Origin: Callorhinchus milii
Taxonomy: Eukaryota
DNA: 64,000 nt
NCBI RefSeq assembly: GCF_018977255.1
Contig: NW_024704742.1
Coordinates: 24,554,001-24,618,000 of the forward strand
Direction of reading: 5' to 3'
Part shown: positions 60,842 through 64,000 of the stretch, piece after piece
How the letters are laid out: every line of letters begins with the position of its first letter
Numbering within the stretch: the stretch's first letter is position 1
Made by a program: the position numbers and the translations under genes
Notes under the pieces: generated by a model
The model's input: the letters and a program-made list of their open reading frames with translations, nothing else
Database searches by the model: none
Told to the model about the DNA's origin: nothing

Positions 60842-61172
60842 GGATCACAGAAAAACAAAACCAGTTTGTGAACCTTTTTGCCTTTCAACACCATAAATGC
60901 GCTCTCAAATTGTGTACTTTTTTTCCACTTACACAACCAGCAATTGCTTTCTTCATAATGTTCTTAGTTGCTGCTTCACATTTTAAATGGGCAAAGTCAT
61001 TACTGAAAATATTTGCAAAGATTTTCAGTGATATTTAAAAACACACAACAAATTGTTGAAGTTGCTTCAACTATTTGCCTCCAAATAATTACGAATTTTG
61101 TTTTAAAAGTTTACTTTAACACTGAAGGTATATGTCAAATGTTTTCTGCAGCAGAACATTTTCCCAACACAC

Positions 61173-61178
61173 AATAAA
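61173..61178 (+). terminator. Candidate distal polyadenylation signal AATAAA
   Basis: Canonical hexamer ~530 nt after the stop; usage unverified. Confidence 0.45.
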
Positions 61179-61628
61179 ACGCATCTAAAAGTTTTCAGAG
61201 CTAGACTATTCCAAGAATTGAACTTGCCCAGAAATTTATAAAGATTGTCTGAACCCATTCAAAGCAATTTGTTTCTACATACAGTCACAAATGTCATAAA
61301 TGTATTTATTTTACATAACTGGAGAACAGCAGACAGGCCTGACAAAAAGAACTACGGTAGACTATGTTATTCTGAGTGCTTGGCTGCAAAATACAGTTCA
61401 TGCTAATTCCTCAATAGATTTTAAGCCTTTAGCCCCAGTAATGGGTATTCTGATGATCATTCTCATTTGAGAACTTAGGTTGAAAACATCATTGTAAGAA
61501 ATGGTGGACTCTGATAGAAGTGGAACACGCAAAATTACACACGCAAAATTACAATGAGAAGTTGAAATTTCTCCATAATAAAGCTGAATGGTATAGCTAT
61601 CTTGTATGAAGGGCGCTATATAAAGGGT

Positions 61629-61988
61629 GGAGCCCTGAGCTGAATGGTTGAAGAACTCGGCTCACACACGGGAGACCTGGGTTTGATTCCCGGCAGGTCG
61701 AAATGTTGGGCAAGTTTCCTTACTCCACTCGCTCTGTTTACCTAGCAGTAAGGAGGAACCCAGTTATTAGTCGACTGGTGGATCACTTTTCCGGGGGTAA
61801 TAATTGCTTTAAAAAAAATAATAGTCACTTCAATCCACGACGGTTTGTAGGACACTGCTGTGCGCAATTGGCTGCCGCGTTTTACCCACAAATATACAGT
61901 CAATTCACTTTACAGTATATTCTATGAAGTATTTTGAGACGTCTCGAAGATGTGATAAGGTGCTATATCAAATGCAAGGATTATTATA
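61629..61988 (+). mobile_element. tRNA-derived SINE (long subfamily)
   Basis: tRNA-Val-like head, central block and tail. Confidence 0.88.
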
Positions 61989-63488
61989 TAAATGTAAGTG
62001 TAACTTTAAAAACAAGTCAGATGTCAGTGATGGAGTCATGCTGCTGAAATGTAATGTCCAGCAGCACAATAGGTCCTCCACATTGAGGTAATGTGTGTAA
62101 ATATTGACCGATCAACCTCTGGAGGGAATCTGGATGCTGGTTTTTGGAGCCTGCTGGAATTTTTTTAATATAATGAGATACCTGTCACTTTTTTGCCACA
62201 TTCACCCCACGTCATGGATCATAAAACTATCTGCTCATGACGAAACAGAGCGGAGTTTCATATCTGCTCCACGGGAGAAACTTCATAATCAGATGAACAG
62301 CCTTATCTGATGGGGCAGCCTCCAGAGCTTTTGACTGCAGAGCTCTTGACCAGGTTGCTCAGTATCCAAAAATCAGTGGAGACGATATAAAAATAATCAT
62401 AATCCTTGGATTTGATGTCATTGAGACGTCTCCAAGCACTTCACATCGTTTTACGCAGCAGTCAATTTGTGTGCAGCAACATCCCACAAACAGCTATGAA
62501 GCAGTGACAATTTTTATTATTCTGAGGGATTGTTGTTTTATCGATGGCTTCCAACAAAGCCAGCAATTTGAAGGTTTGCAATAACAAATGAAACATCTTG
62601 TACACTAATGCAGTGATCACAAATTCAATCTGCTAGGTTTGAGCATTTCCCTATCTTCTCTAGGGTTGCTAGATTAGGAATCTCTGAGCTCACAGAGTGC
62701 CTCTCACTCTGCCAGTAGGTAGTGATAGGTTCACCCCGGATGTTGCGCTCTGAAAATGGCCTCTTTCATTTGCCCTTACCAGCAGTGATAATACCAACAG
62801 GAAGTGATGTTAGTTGTGGCCATTTTATCATAACAGTAGCCTAGTTGGTCCCCATGGTTCATGCTTATCTGCTCATGTGGCCCTGAAGGCCAAATGAGTT
62901 TGCCAGTTAGGAGGTTGAATTTGAGGCACACCACAAGAGGGAACTTCCACACTGAACATTGGTGAGAAACATAGTTTGAAGTTAGTCAAGGTACTTGATT
63001 TTGCTTTGTAATATTGGTGCTGAAGGTTTATGCTTGCAATCATAACACAAACCACTGATCTATAAGCATCTCCGTAGAGGCCCTATTGGATTTGCAGTGT
63101 TTCTGGGGACCTCTACCGCCAGCTGTCAGTATCAGTCCTGTTCCCTTCCAAACTCAAGTGTACTGTATCACAGTGTTGGCACAATTACGCTTGTGCAGGC
63201 TTGTTGTGTGACTAATAGAGCACCCAATAAATGTGGTTTATTTCTATATGGCTGCACACTTAAATCTTCTCTACCAGTGGGGAAAGAGGATCTGCTTCGT
63301 GCCTTGTAATGGGCTAGATTGTACACAATAAAAGTAATGTAGGAGTACAAACATGTTTGCAACAAAATAAAATCATTCTGCCAAGCCCATCTTGAAAATT
63401 CTGCAGGCGAAAGACCCAACAGTTAAGATTGTATTTCATTTTCTGCTTTTATTGAATTTATTTCCCTCAATCCTTTATATTCTGTCTG

Positions 63489-63495
63489 TATATAC

Positions 63496-63526
<31 letters not shown>

Positions 63527-63527
63527 T
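63489..63527. repeat. (TA)n microsatellite
   Basis: Direct observation. Confidence 0.9.
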
Positions 63528-64000
63528 GGTCTGTCATCAGTAGTACTGCAGATTAACACCAGTTCCTATTTCCAAACACTGCTGCTACAGTTGCATAATT
63601 ATTTGAAACCCAGACAATATTTTCTCATCTATAAAGTACTGAAGATTTTGTTTACTGATGTGCTCAAACAAAGCAATCTCTTATTCAGATGCTGGAAATC
63701 AGATCAACTTAATACCACATGCACTGAAGGAAATCACCCGAGATTTTCGTATATGAATAAAGGCTGTGGCGTCATTTTGATTGAGCAGGACTCGCTGCTA
63801 GTGTTACCACTTCAACATCGCTAATACGGAAAACTTTACGTTAGCCAAGAGTACACTGAAGAACCAACAAGGCATCTAGTTAAAACCTGGCATTTTGGTG
63901 ACATTACTTCTTCAATCCCTCTTTTTTTTGTTCTGCCAAAATACTTGAATCCTTCGATTTAAAGCGTCACCCTTGAAAAAATTGGCAAACTATTTTTCTT

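Noticed and set aside
62000..64000. Exons of a downstream neighbour gene (TLR2 follows TMEM131L in human)
   Set aside because: No recognisable coding sequence; only short ORFs and repeats.
1..64000. CRISPR arrays, operons, prophage or endogenous virus
   Set aside because: Eukaryotic intron-exon DNA; tandem arrays lack unique spacers; no viral or LTR-type ORFs seen.

Overview
Vertebrate genomic DNA. The repeat landscape (Deu-domain/tRNA SINEs with L2 tails, abundant L2 and CR1 fragments) points to a cartilaginous fish, probably a chimaera such as Callorhinchus; this is an inference. The window holds most of a TMEM131L (KIAA0922) orthologue on the + strand. I traced 32 GT-AG coding exons from 15427 to the TAA ending at 60645. 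All splice phases are mutually consistent, giving 4633 nt (1 nt + 1544 codons including the stop). The 5' exons with the signal peptide lie upstream of the window, so 1-15426 is the end of a large intron. Almost all ORFs in the supplied track are spurious, repeat-derived or partial exon read-throughs. I found no convincing new protein-coding system. The most unusual structures are: a ~2.5 kb intronic CpG/GC-rich island made of a ~600 bp G-tract and a ~870 bp GAG-NNN higher-order minisatellite; a 5-copy repeat family I cannot classify; an L2 remnant whose middle is replaced by a 90 bp copy of nearby sequence; and a MITE-like hairpin. Family names for repeats and similarity to human TMEM131L come from memory and were not checked by search. 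Repeat boundaries are approximate.
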